From Eledone cirrhosa (Eukaryota), in assembly GCA_964016885.1 (NCBI GenBank), contig CAXHJY010000106.1, positions 1-64,000 on the forward strand: a stretch of DNA of 64,000 nucleotides. The letters run 5' to 3'. Both the position numbers and the translations under genes were made by a program. Below, piece after piece: positions 29,333 through 44,543 of the stretch. Every line of letters starts with the position of its first letter. The first letter of the stretch is position 1. The notes beneath the pieces are model-generated. The model saw only the letters and a list, made by a program, of their open reading frames with translations, was not told the DNA's origin and ran no database searches.

Positions 29333-29525
29333 TACACATTATATACATATAAATATATATATATACCCATACCTCAACACATCATATATACATCTATATG
29401 CATACAACACCATTCATCTTAACATGCCAGGATGTGTGTTTTAATCAAGAAATATTGATATATTCACACTTGACATAGCATATAATTTTCTTTTTCATAA
29501 TTATATGTAACTTCACTAGATCAGA

Positions 29526-29559
<34 letters not shown>

Positions 29560-29568
29560 TGTATATAT

Positions 29569-29607
<39 letters not shown>

Positions 29608-29608
29608 A

Positions 29609-29654
<46 letters not shown>

Positions 29655-29660
29655 TTACAC

Positions 29661-29698
<38 letters not shown>

Positions 29699-29762
29699 AT
29701 ATACACACACACACACACACCTATATATATATATTTATATATATATATATATTTACATACAG

Positions 29763-29801
<39 letters not shown>

Positions 29802-29989
29802 TATATCTGATGTAATATCATACGTGATATATATAAACACACACACACTTATATATACATATATATATACAACTACAACCATGTTTATATATATATATAT
29901 ATGCATAAATATGTGCATATATAATAGTATGCCTCATATATAAGGCTTTAAGTACCTCTGTTATGTATATGTATATGTGTATATATATA

Positions 29990-30023
<34 letters not shown>

Positions 30024-30212
30024 CATGTGTGTGTGCCCAAGCTACAACATTTTTATATCGAAATAAATCATGACATATATATATATAATGATAGACAACA
30101 TTTTTTACTCAGTCAATATAATGCCCATTGACTAACAACCATAGACATATACATATATCTGTATGTATATATGTATGAATACATACCGTATATATGTGTG
30201 TATATATGTGTG

Positions 30213-30283
<71 letters not shown>

Positions 30284-30292
30284 GTGTGTATG

Positions 30293-30333
<41 letters not shown>

Positions 30334-30368
30334 ATGTATGTATAAATATATATAAATGTGTATGTATG

Positions 30369-30409
<41 letters not shown>

Positions 30410-30443
30410 GTATATATATATATATACATATATATATATACAC

Positions 30444-30474
<31 letters not shown>

Positions 30475-30493
30475 TATACACATATATATATAC

Positions 30494-30540
<47 letters not shown>

Positions 30541-30580
30541 CACATATCTATATATGTATATATATAATAATGTATATATT

Positions 30581-30619
<39 letters not shown>

Positions 30620-30630
30620 ATGTATATATT

Positions 30631-30674
<44 letters not shown>

Positions 30675-30682
30675 TATATGTA

Positions 30683-30716
<34 letters not shown>

Positions 30717-30760
30717 CATATATATGTATACATATATATATACATATATATGTATGTATG

Positions 30761-30815
<55 letters not shown>

Positions 30816-30816
30816 G

Positions 30817-30869
<53 letters not shown>

Positions 30870-30911
30870 ATATATATATATATATGTATGTATATATATA
30901 TATACATATAT

Positions 30912-30980
30912 ACAAGGGCGGTGCCCCAGCATGTCCTCAGCCGGATGGCTGAAACAGGTAAAAGAGTAAAAGAGTAAACA
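30912..30980 (+). mobile_element. SINE/LINE 3'-end fragment with (GTAAAAGA)n tail
   Basis: GC-rich caagggcggtgccccagcatg... island inside (TA)n, ending in tandem gtaaaaga. Confidence 0.5.
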
Positions 30981-31047
30981 TATATATATATATACATATA
31001 TACATATATACATATATATACATACATATATACATATATATATATAC

Positions 31048-31078
<31 letters not shown>

Positions 31079-31382
31079 TACATATACATATATATATGTA
31101 TATATATACACATATATATACATATATATATACACCTCGTTTTCATATTTTTTTTAAATATGCCTCAATTTTCTCTCTGTTTCTCATAGACTCCTTCTGA
31201 CAGTTTTAAAATCAATTTTATTTCGGTTATGATCTCTCATTCCTACATGTCTTTCACTCACTTTCGAATTTATTTCTATATTTTTTTTCATATAATTGAT
31301 AGCATACCCGCGCTATCGAATTATCGATCTATGTGTGTGTGTTTTATATATATATATAATAAATATATTTATATATATATAA

Positions 31383-31443
<61 letters not shown>

Positions 31444-31937
31444 CATACATACAGTGAGACAGAGAATAAAATTTAAATAAATATAAGTATATATATGATA
31501 TATATTTATATATATCATATATATACTTATATTTATTTAAATTTCATTCTCTCTCTCACTGTATGTATGTATGTATATATATATAAATATATATATATAT
31601 ACATACACTTTCTTTATCACTCAATAAGTGTGTATCTATGTGTGTTTGTGTGTGTGTATGTGCGCGTGGGTGTGACTGTGCATACATATTTGGGGGAAAA
31701 CATACATATATATATATACATGGTGTATCTATTTATATATATTCATATACATTCCTCAATATATGAGTGTATGTATAATTGCACATACTTAAATATAAAT
31801 ATGTAATATCGATTTTACGTGTATGTGGTGAAGTTAAGATCTTAATATCAATTTGAGGCCCTAGCTTGGCCACAGTATAATAACTGATAATAGCAAAGGT
31901 GTAAAAATATACGAACGTCCTGGTGTATATATATGCC

Positions 31938-31994
<57 letters not shown>

Positions 31995-32031
31995 CACTGA
32001 TAAACACACATATATACAAACACCGATACAT

Positions 32032-32091
<60 letters not shown>

Positions 32092-32227
32092 ATATATATC
32101 TTATATATGGTTAAATGTGTACATATTTATATATGTACACATACATATTTATCTCTCTGAATATATATATATATATATATATATTTATCTGTCTGTATAT
32201 ATATATATATATATATATATTTATCTG

Positions 32228-32287
<60 letters not shown>

Positions 32288-32363
32288 TATGTATGTATCA
32301 ATATATATATAATGAAACGGTTCTGTACCGTAGAAGCCTTTTTCTTTATTATAAATATATACA

Positions 32364-32400
<37 letters not shown>

Positions 32401-32436
32401 TATATACACAAATTTATTATATATATATATATAAGA

Positions 32437-32534
32437 AAGGTTGACTTTGCTTTTCATCCTTACGGGGTCGATAATATTAAAGTACCAGTAATGCACTGGA
32501 TAATTGCTGGCCTTGTGCCTAAAGCAGAAACAAT
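32437..32534 (+). mobile_element. SINE family A, 3' half
   Basis: ggttgactttgcttttcatccttacggggtcgata...ggccttgtgcctaaagcagaaac. Confidence 0.8.
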
Positions 32535-32654
32535 TATATATATATATAAATATATACAAATATATTATATATATATATAGATATATATATATGTGTATAT
32601 ATATATATATATATAGACCAATAGACATTTTTATGAACAAATTTCTATTTCACA

Positions 32655-32703
<49 letters not shown>

Positions 32704-32997
32704 GATATATATATATATATATACATACATACATTCGTACCCCACCACCACCACACACACACATATATACATATATACACACACCAGTTAATTAAATATA
32801 CAGTTCAGTGTAGACTAAACAAGATATATAATAGTGACACGTTCAATGCTTCCGCAAATTTCCATCATCTTCACCAGTATTACACGTTATGTTAAAACCA
32901 TCTTGCACACGTTCAGCTACATCCAATATGCGTTCGTGTTTCTTACCTCTGTATTTTGTTGAGATTAGTGTTTGAAAATGTCTCTGTCTATATGTGG

Positions 32998-33037
<40 letters not shown>

Positions 33038-33041
<4 letters not shown>

Positions 33042-33140
33042 CGAAGGAAATGTGGTAAGGGACCAGGTGGACCATAACGCACCATAACGAATCAAAGTAC
33101 TCAATACTTGGGGTAGTAGAGTGGGTAATAAGAACTCGTT

Positions 33141-33145
<5 letters not shown>
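33038..33145 (-). mobile_element. family H3 tail, solo copy
   Basis: Reverse complement of the 14510-14600 and 54200-54285 tail; lies between (TA)n tracts. Confidence 0.75.
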
Positions 33146-33187
<42 letters not shown>

Positions 33188-33436
33188 ATATATATATATA
33201 TATATATATATATAAACATACATTTACAGAAATATATTTATGAATAAATAAATATATATATATATATATTGAAATATTATAAATATATATATATATATAT
33301 ACACATATATATATAGTTTGAAATACTAAAAATAGACACATATCTATAAATACATGTATACACATGTTAAAAATACATACATACACACATTATATATATA
33401 TATATATTTATGTATATATATATATATATATATATT

Positions 33437-33502
<66 letters not shown>

Positions 33503-33530
33503 AATATTTATATATATATATATAAATATT

Positions 33531-33562
<32 letters not shown>

Positions 33563-33710
33563 AATATTTATATATATATATATAAATATTTATATATATA
33601 TATATATATAAATATTTATATATATATATATATAAATATTTATATATATATAAATATTTATATATATATATATATATAAATATTTATATATATATATATA
33701 TATATATAAA

Positions 33711-33761
<51 letters not shown>

Positions 33762-33784
33762 TTATATATATATTTATATATATA

Positions 33785-33831
<47 letters not shown>

Positions 33832-33910
33832 TTATATATATATATTTATATATATATTTATATATATATATATTTATATATATATTTATATATATATTTA
33901 TATATATATT

Positions 33911-33950
<40 letters not shown>

Positions 33951-34002
33951 TATTTATATATATATATATTTACATATTTATATATATATATATATATTTA
34001 CA

Positions 34003-34050
<48 letters not shown>

Positions 34051-34051
34051 C

Positions 34052-34083
<32 letters not shown>

Positions 34084-34092
34084 ATAAATATT

Positions 34093-34123
<31 letters not shown>

Positions 34124-34370
34124 TTATATATATATATATATATAATATATATATGTATATATAATATATATATATAATATATATATACATACATATTCAT
34201 AAATATATATATACATATATATGTATTTAAATATATATATAGATATAGATATTTTTATAAATATATACATACATATATACATTTTTATAAATATGTACAT
34301 AGATATATATTTATAAATATAAATATACATATATATTTTTATAAATATGGTCATACATATATGTTTATAA

Positions 34371-34401
<31 letters not shown>

Positions 34402-34415
34402 TGTATATATGTATT

Positions 34416-34467
<52 letters not shown>

Positions 34468-34607
34468 TATATGTATTTAAATATATATAGACATATATAT
34501 TTTATTAAATATATAACATACACATATATATTTATAAATATACACACGCACACAGATATATACTTATGAATACATACACGCAAATATATATATTTATACA
34601 CTTATAA

Positions 34608-34657
<50 letters not shown>

Positions 34658-34848
34658 TCGTATATATATACACATATACATATATGCTCATTTAAGATCC
34701 ATTGAAATAGATATGTATCTAAACTGAAAACATATACATACGTAAATATATCTTTACATCCTTACATAGATGTGTTTGTATATATAATATATATGCATAT
34801 ATATAATATGTATATTTATATATATATATATATATATAAATATATATT

Positions 34849-34886
<38 letters not shown>

Positions 34887-34918
34887 AATATATATTTATA
34901 TATATATAAATATATATT

Positions 34919-34976
<58 letters not shown>

Positions 34977-35310
34977 AATATATATTTATATATATATATA
35001 TATAAATATATGTGTATATATACACATATATATATATATAAATATATGTCTATATATATACGAGTATATATATGATTATAAATATATATCTATATATACA
35101 TCTATATATATTTAAATATTTATATATATATATATATATATGTATGTGTACTTGAGTATATATCTCTGAGTAAAAATTATATATACACACATATATCGGT
35201 ATATATATCCTCGCGGTCTCCAGCGTTATTGTTCACCGTCTACTTGGCTAAGTGTAGTATGTGTCCCGAACAACTCTTAGCTAGATCTATATTGGAACGT
35301 ATATGGTTCA

Positions 35311-35347
<37 letters not shown>

Positions 35348-35377
35348 CAAATATGTATATACACTTATATATATACC

Positions 35378-35446
<69 letters not shown>

Positions 35447-35501
35447 TCATACACAGATATATACATATATACAGAGATACATACACATACATACATACAT
35501 T

Positions 35502-35542
<41 letters not shown>

Positions 35543-35961
35543 ACATACATACATACATACTTATATATATATAGAGAGACTTACATACATACACACATAT
35601 ATACATACATACATACACACATATATACATACATACATACATACATACACACTTATATACATCATAGCCTCCTTCAATAATCACCATAGCCTTACATAGC
35701 CTTACATATGTCCATATAACGTATCGTCTGTTTTTATTGAAATCTGTCCGTCCCCTTCAATGACCCTTCACCCCGTCTACACTGGTGTTCTAGTTAAAGA
35801 TTCGAATGAAAAAAACTAGAGAAACCCTAATGTCCTCCCTCCCATCTATAATTCAAACCTGAGAGATGTTTTACCCCCTAACTTTTGTCTCCGGTTTAAT
35901 ATATATTCATATATTCCACTACTTATCTAAAATCTAACCATCTGCATTTATGTCACCTCGG

Positions 35962-36074
<113 letters not shown>

Positions 36075-36293
36075 CGTGTGTGTGTCTGTGTATGTATGTA
36101 TTTATGTCTGTCTGTCTATCTCTCTCACGTATGTATGTATATATATATGTCTCTCTGTCTCTCTCTCTCTCACACATATTATATACATATATATACATAT
36201 ATATATACACAGTCTGACACATATATTTCTCACACACTCAAACCCATATATATATATATATATACAAACAAATATATACCAAATTATATATAC

Positions 36294-36324
<31 letters not shown>

Positions 36325-36838
36325 TTATATATATATATATACACAAATATTTTACACTCTTATATACACACATATATATACATTCATATATACATGCATT
36401 ATATATATATATATACACACTCAGACTTATTCACACGTCCCGTCTATATTTCCTTCTAACTCTTACTATCTAATTTGCTCTCTTTGCCTATCTCCCTCAT
36501 TTTCTTACTGTACTACTCTCTCGATCTCTCTCTCTATCTATCTATATCGCACACAAACACATATATCCTTTCTCTCTCTCTCTTTCTTTCTCTTTCCTCT
36601 TACCTTCCTCTCTCCCTCATTTTCTTATTTTACTCGTTTCTCTCTCTCTCTCTATCTCTCCAACACACATCTACATACATCATTTCTCTATTTCTCTCTC
36701 ACGCTAACTTTCTCTCTCATCTCCTCTCTCCTCCCTCTCATCTCCCCCTTCTCTCTGGATGTGATTCTCTCTCTCTTTCTCTAACGCTATCTCATTGTCT
36801 CTCGTATGTTTCTCTGTTTTCAGTACGTGTATCTAGAT

Positions 36839-37190
36839 CAGGCATGGGCAACCTTTCTCGAGAAGAGGGCCGTTTTAACCCATTGCCTGACAGACCCATC
36901 CAAGACAGATATCTCAGGGCCCTTGTGCCTGCACATAGACTGAGTTGGCCGTAGATAGTCATTGCCGGACACCTAGTCTTTCAGATATCTCAGCGCTACT
37001 TGTGCCTCTTCATAGGCTGAGATGGAGAGGAGTCAGAGCCGTATCAACTCATTGTCGGACTCCTAAGATTTCAGATATCCCAGAGTCACTTGTGCCTGCA
37101 CATAGGAAGAGTTGGGATCAAGGCTGTCTCATTGCCGGGCTCAAAGACAAATATCTCAAGATCCTTTGCGCATCCGCACAGAGCTGAATA
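36839..37190 (+). mobile_element. left end of hAT-like element followed by ~4 degenerate 70-80-bp repeats
   Basis: ATCTAGAT then CAGGCATGGGCAACC (same TIR type as 23638); repeated cattgcc...cagatatctcag...cttgtgcctgcacatag; no right TIR found. Confidence 0.5.
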
Positions 37191-37330
37191 GAAAAAGATT
37201 TACCTACAGTTAAACACACATAGGAATAATAAGGTTGTTACCAAAGTGCCAGAAATTTGTCAAGTCGACCCTAAATACGACTAATAGCTCTAGGCAAGCC
37301 ATGAACGACACCACATCTGCGTAACTTTGA

Positions 37331-40300
37331 TTTTGAAAGTAGGTTTATAATTATTAATTTTCATTATACTTTTGTAGCTGTCTCGGCGGCCTAGTTGGAG
37401 GAATCACAGACGGTGGTGATCCTGGTCTGAAGTTCGATCCTTGTCGAGATTACGGTTCCCGGTAAAACTTTTCAGTTTTTTTTTCTATGGGGTGTGAAAT
37501 AAAAACTGAAAAAGATTACATGTACCTTCTGACCATCTTAACCGTCTCTAGTACCTGCCATTAGACCACAGAGACAGCTACGATAATCTATTGAAAATTC
37601 ATACTTATAAACCTACCATGTACTTTCTGACCAGGATTGAACCCAAAACCGGGATCTTAACCGTCTCTAGTACCTGCCATTAGGCCACAGAGACAACTAC
37701 GAAAATCTACTGAAAATTCATACTTATAAACCTACCATGTACCTTCTGACCAGGATTGAACCCAAAACCGGGATCTTAACCATCTCTAGTACCTGCCATT
37801 AGGCCACAGAGACAACTACGATAATCTACTGAAAATTCATACTTATAAACCTACAATGTACCTTCTGACCAGTATTGAACCCAAAACCGAGATCTTAACC
37901 GTCTCTAGTACCTGCCATTAGGCCACAGAGACAACTACGATAATCTACTGAAAATTCATACTTATAAACCTACCATGTACCTTCTGACCAGGATTGAACC
38001 CAAAACCGGGATCTTAACCGTCTCTAGTACCTGCCATTAGGCCACAGAGACAACTACGAAAATGTACTGAAAATTCATACTTATAAACCTACCATGTACC
38101 TTCTGACCAGGATTGAACCCAAAACCGGGATCTTAACCGTCTCTAGTACCTGCCATTAGACCACAGAGACAACTACGATAATCTACTGAAAATTCATACT
38201 TATAAACCTACCATGTACCTTCTGACCAGGATTGAACCCAAAACCGGGATCTTAACCGTCTCTAGTACCTGCCATTAGGCCACAGAGACAACTACGAAAA
38301 TGTACTGAAAATTCATACTTATAAACCTACCATGTACCTTCTGACCAGGATTGAACCCAAAACCGGGATCTTAACCGTCTCTAGTACCTGCCATTAGGCC
38401 ACAGAGACAACTACGAAAATGTACTGAAAATTCATACTTATAAACCTACCATGTACCTTCTGACCAGGATTGAACCCAAAACCGGGATCTTAACCATCTC
38501 TAGTACCTGCCATTAGGCCACAGAGACAACTACGATAATCTACTGAAAATTCATACTTATAAACCTACCATGTACCTTCTGACCAGGATTGAACCCAAAA
38601 CCGGGATCTTAACCGTCTCTAGTACCTGCCATTAGGCCACAGAGACAACTACGATAATCTACTGAAAATTCATACTTATAAACCTACCATGTACCTTCTG
38701 ACCAGGATTGAACCCAAAACCGGGATCATAACCGTCTCTAGTACCTGCCATTAGGCCACAGAGACAACTACGATAATCTACTGAAAATTCATACTTATAA
38801 ATCTACCATGTACCTTCTGACCAGGATTGAACCCAAAACCGGGATCTTAACCGTCTCTAGTACCTGCCATTAGGCCACAGAGACAACTACGAAAATCTAC
38901 TGAAAATTCATACTTATAAACCTACCATGTACCTTCTGACCAGGATTGAACCCAAAACCGGGATCTTAACCGTCTCTAGTACCTGCCATTAGGCCACAGA
39001 GACAACTACGAAAATCTACTGAAAATTCATACTTATAAACCTACCATGTACCTTCTGACCAGGATTGAACCCAAAACCGGGATCTTAACCGTCTCTAGTA
39101 CCTGCCATTAGGCCACAGAGACAACTACGAAAATCTACTGAAAATTCATACTTATAAACCTACCATGTACCTTCTGACCAGGATTGAACCCAAAACCGGG
39201 ATCTTAACCGTCTCTAGTACCTGCCATTAGGCCACAGAGATAACTACGAAAATCTACTGAAAATTCATACTTATAAACCTACCATGTACCTTCTGACCAG
39301 GATTGAACCCAAAACCGGGATCTTAACCGTCTCTAGTACCTGCCATTAGGCCACAGAGACAACTACGAAAATCTACTGAAAATTCATACTTATAAACCTA
39401 CCATGTACCTTCTGACCAGGATTGAACCCAAAACCGGGATCTTAACCGTCTCTAGTACCTGCCATTAGGCCACAGAGACAACTACGAACATCTACTGAAA
39501 ATTCATACTTATAAACCTACCATGTACCTTCTGACCAGGATTGAACCCAAAACCGGGATCTTAACCATCTCTAGTACCTGCCATTAGGCCACAGAGACAA
39601 CTACGATAATCTACTGAAAATTCATACTTATAAACCTACCATGTACCTTCTGACCAGTATTGAACCCAAAACCGGGATCTTAACCATCTCTAGTACCTGC
39701 CATTAGGCCACAGAGACAACTACGATAATCTACTGAAAATTCATACTTATAAACCTACCATGTACCTTCTGACCAGTATTGAACCCAAAACCGGGATCTT
39801 AACCATCTCTAGTACCTGCCATTAGGCCACAGAGACAACTACGATAATCTACTGAAAATTCATACTTATAAACCTACCATGTACCTTCTGACCAGGATTG
39901 AACCCAAAACCGGGATCTTAACCGTCTCTAGTACCTGCCATTAGGCCACAGAGACAACTACGAAAATGTACTGAAAATTCATACTTATAAACCTACCATG
40001 TACCTTCTGACCAGGATTGAACCCAAAACCGGGATCTTAACCGTCTCTAGTACCTGCCATTAGGCCACAGAGACAACTACGAAAATGTACTGAAAATTCA
40101 TACTTATAAACCTACCATGTACCTTCTGACCAGGATTGAACCCAAAACCGGGATCTTAACCGTCTCTAGTACCTGCCATTAGGCCACAGAGACAACTACG
40201 AACATCTACTGAAAATTCATACTTATAAACCTACCATGTACCTTCTGACCAGGATTGAACCCAAAACCGGGATCTTAACCGTCTCTAGTAACTGCCATTA

Positions 40301-41432
40301 GGCCACAGAGACAACTACGATAATCTACTGAAAATTCATACTTATAAACCTACGATGTACCTTCTGACCAGGATTGAACCCAAAACCGGGATCTTAACCG
40401 TCTCTAGTACCTGCCATTAGGCCACAGAGACAACTACGATAATCTACTGAAAATTCATACTTATAAACCTACCATGTACCTTCTGACCAGGATTGAACCC
40501 AAAACCGGGATCTTAACCATCTCTAGTACCTGCCATTAGGCCACAGAGACAACTACGAACATCTACTGAAAATTCATACTTATAAACCTACCATGTACCT
40601 TCTGACCAGGATTGAACCCAAAACCGGGATCTTAACCGTCTCTAGTACCTGCCATTAGGCCACAGAGACAACTACGAAAATGTACTGAAAATTCATACTT
40701 ATAAACCTACCATGTACCTTCTGACCAGGATTGAACCCAAAACCGGGATCTTAACCGTCTCTAGTACCTGCCATTAGGCCACAGAGACAACTACGAAAAT
40801 CTACTGAAAATTCATACTTATAAACCTACCATGTACCTTCTGACCAGTATTGAACCCAAAACCGGGATCATAACCGTCTCTAGTACCTGCCATTAGGCCA
40901 CAGAGACAACTACGAACATCTACTGAAAATTCATACTTATAAACCTACCATGTACCTTCTGACCAGGATTGAACCCAAAACCGGGATCTTAACCGTCTCT
41001 AGTACCTGCCATTAGGCCACAGAGACAACTACGAACATCTACTGAAAATTCATACTTATAAACCTACCATGTACCTTCTGACCAGGATTGAACCCAAAAC
41101 CGGGATCTTAACCGTCTCTAGTACCTGCCATTAGGCCACAGAGACAACTACGAAAATGTACTGAAAATTCATACTTATAAACCTACCATGTACCTTCTGA
41201 CCAGTATTGAACCCAAAACCGAGATCTTAACCGTCTCTAGTACCTGCCATTAGGCCACAGAGACAACTACGAAAATCTACTGAAAATTCATACTTATAAA
41301 CCTACCATGTACCTTCTGACCAGTATTGAACCCAAAACCGAGATCTTAACCGTCTCTAGTACCTGCCATTAGGCCACAGAGACAACTACGAAAATCTACT
41401 GAAAATTCATACTTATAAACCTACTTTCAAAA
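37331..41432. mobile_element. foldback structure whose arms carry tRNA-like Pol III boxes
   Basis: TTTTGAAAGTAGGTTTATAA at 37331 is the reverse complement of TTATAAACCTACTTTCAAAA ending at 41432; inner inverted pair ctttttcagttttt / aaaaactgaaaaag at ~37468-37514. Confidence 0.6.
37519..41424 (-). repeat. 119-bp satellite, ~33 highly similar copies, tRNA-like on minus strand
   Basis: Period 119 (accatgtac at 37615 and 37734); the minus-strand unit contains A box TGGCCTAATGG and B box GGTTCAATCC. Confidence 0.95.
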
Positions 41433-41647
41433 TTTTCAATACAAAATGTGTTGTCGATTCTTCCTCTATATCTCTTTCCCATTTCCACTCTAACTTTCTA
41501 TGGAAGAAACCAGCTGTATTCAGGCCTGGAGAGGTACGGACGCACTCAGGCTTAAAATGCCCCCAAAACGCCGTATGTCAATACGTCACCCCTATGATTA
41601 TATCAGGAGTTAAGGAACCATGCATACATACATACATGCAAATGTAA

Positions 41648-41812
41648 TTGTTTCTACTTTAGGCACAAGGCCAGCAATTACCCAGCGCATTGCTGGTACT
41701 TTCTTTTATCGACCCCGTAAGGATGAAAGGCAAAGTCAACCTCGGCGGGATTTGAATTCAGATCATAAAGGGACGTAACTATGCTGGAAAGCATGGCGTC
41801 CAACCCTCTACC
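41648..41812 (-). mobile_element. SINE family A
   Basis: Family body and B box; flanked by two diverged copies of a ~190-bp repeat (41450-41640 and 41835-42030) that also occurs at ~60580-60715. Confidence 0.8.
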
Positions 41813-42366
41813 AAAATGTAATACCAGTCTAGTACTGGTGTCGATTCTAGCTCTAATATATCTCTCCCTCATTTCCTCTCTCCCTCACTTTCTAACTTTC
41901 TCTGGAAGAAATCTGCTGTACACAGACCCGGGGAGGAATGGGCTCAGCCAGGCTTTAAAATGCCCAAGTCAATACATACGGCGCCTTTACGACTCCACCA
42001 AGAGTTACGGGACTATACAGTCATACATATATAAATATGAAACTGTACTGAAATGACCGCCAGATGGGGCGGCGGTGAAACGCTACTAAAATAAGATGTT
42101 ACAAGTGGTTGGCTAGAAAACTTTCTCAGACACTCCTCGTTTCTGTTGTTATGAGTGGCTCATAAATTACTTGATAATCCCCCAAAATATTTCCGAAATG
42201 AAATACATTCATTGACCCCTCCCCTCCGCTGCACCACTCACATCACCACACCGCCCTTCATGTAACTCTCCTTATATATTTTATGGGGAACGAGCACAAA
42301 CACGTAAATGTAAATGTATATACACATATGTATATTTATATATATACACATATATATTTATAAATG

Positions 42367-42429
<63 letters not shown>

Positions 42430-42450
42430 GTATATTTATAAATGTATGTG

Positions 42451-42482
<32 letters not shown>

Positions 42483-42571
42483 TGTTTATAAATGTAAGTA
42501 TATATATATATACACATATGTATATTTATAAATGTATATATATATATATATACACATATGTATATTTATAA

Positions 42572-42614
<43 letters not shown>

Positions 42615-42637
42615 CACATGTATGTTTATAAATGTAA

Positions 42638-42696
<59 letters not shown>

Positions 42697-43097
42697 TATT
42701 TATAAATATATGTGTATATATGTATATATGTATATATATATTAGGTATGTATAAATATTCATGCATCTATGGTTTTGTACATGTCATGGGAAAAACTTAA
42801 AAAACATGATTAGGAATATGTATGAGGTGGAAATAAGTATGTATATACATATATATATATATATATAAATATATATATAAATAAATATATATATATATAT
42901 GCACACACACGCAAACCCAAATATATATGTGTGTGTGTGGGGGGGGGGTTACATATGTGTGTGTATGTGTGAGTATAGGATGTGTTGATTGTGCTTAAAT
43001 GGCTATGTACATACCATTACATCCACACAAAAACACAATTACATATATTTATATTTATATATATATATATTTATATATATATATATATATATATTTT

Positions 43098-43128
<31 letters not shown>

Positions 43129-43419
43129 ATTTATATATATATATATTTATATATATATATATATATTTTTATATATATATATTTATATTTATATATATTT
43201 ATATCTATATATATTTATATATAACCACTTATATATATTTATTTGTGTGTCTGTTTCAGGATGTTTAGACAATTATATTTTTGTTTATGAGGTTATTTAA
43301 TAGTGTACGTATATATAATGTTGAGTGTATATATATATGTATGTGAATATACTGTATGTGAATACATACATACAGAATTAAATGTGTGATTGTATGGATG
43401 GAAAATGACACTTCAAAGC

Positions 43420-43479
<60 letters not shown>

Positions 43480-43500
43480 AGGAATACGTATATATATATT

Positions 43501-43568
<68 letters not shown>

Positions 43569-43610
43569 AATATATATATGTAGGAATACATATATATATA
43601 TTTATATATT

Positions 43611-43652
<42 letters not shown>

Positions 43653-43723
43653 AAAATGTATATATATAAATACATATATGTATGTATATATATGTATAAA
43701 TACATATATAAATATATTCATGC

Positions 43724-43767
<44 letters not shown>

Positions 43768-43768
43768 T

Positions 43769-43815
<47 letters not shown>

Positions 43816-43991
43816 ATATATGGAGGAGGGAGGCGGGAAAATGAAACATTAAGGGTGTCGAATGAACAATATAAGATCAACAGGAATGATAACATCATTG
43901 AATAAGTGATAAGGCACACACTAACGTCATATATATATATATATATATATACACACACTGTGTATATATATATACATATATATATATATAT

Positions 43992-44049
<58 letters not shown>

Positions 44050-44144
44050 GTATGTCTTTGTGAGTATGAGTGTGACAGCGTGTGAGTGTATATTTTAATT
44101 CTTTATCTGGATATTTCTGTATATATATGTGTATATATATATTT

Positions 44145-44223
<79 letters not shown>

Positions 44224-44237
44224 TATATTCATATTCG

Positions 44238-44276
<39 letters not shown>

Positions 44277-44295
44277 GTATATGCATATTTATGTG

Positions 44296-44358
<63 letters not shown>

Positions 44359-44543
44359 AATGTGCGGGTTAGAGAGGGGGTGGGAGAGAGAGAGAGAGGT
44401 GTATGTGTCAGTATGAATGGGAGGCAGACATATGTAGCTAAAGCGAGGCTATACAATGAGATATATCTCTGATGGAGTCGCTTGATTAGGATCCGTCAAA
44501 ATATTACATTACTTGCATCATATCTGAAGTATATGTATGTATG

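Noticed and set aside
32843-32990. Possible minus-strand host exon (RQRHFQTLISTKYRGKK...)
   Set aside because: Short, with no recognisable domain, no convincing splice-site pair and no partner exons.
37519-41424. CRISPR-like array or true tRNA gene cluster
   Set aside because: Units are contiguous near-identical repeats with no unique spacers, and the unit has A/B boxes but no convincing cloverleaf.
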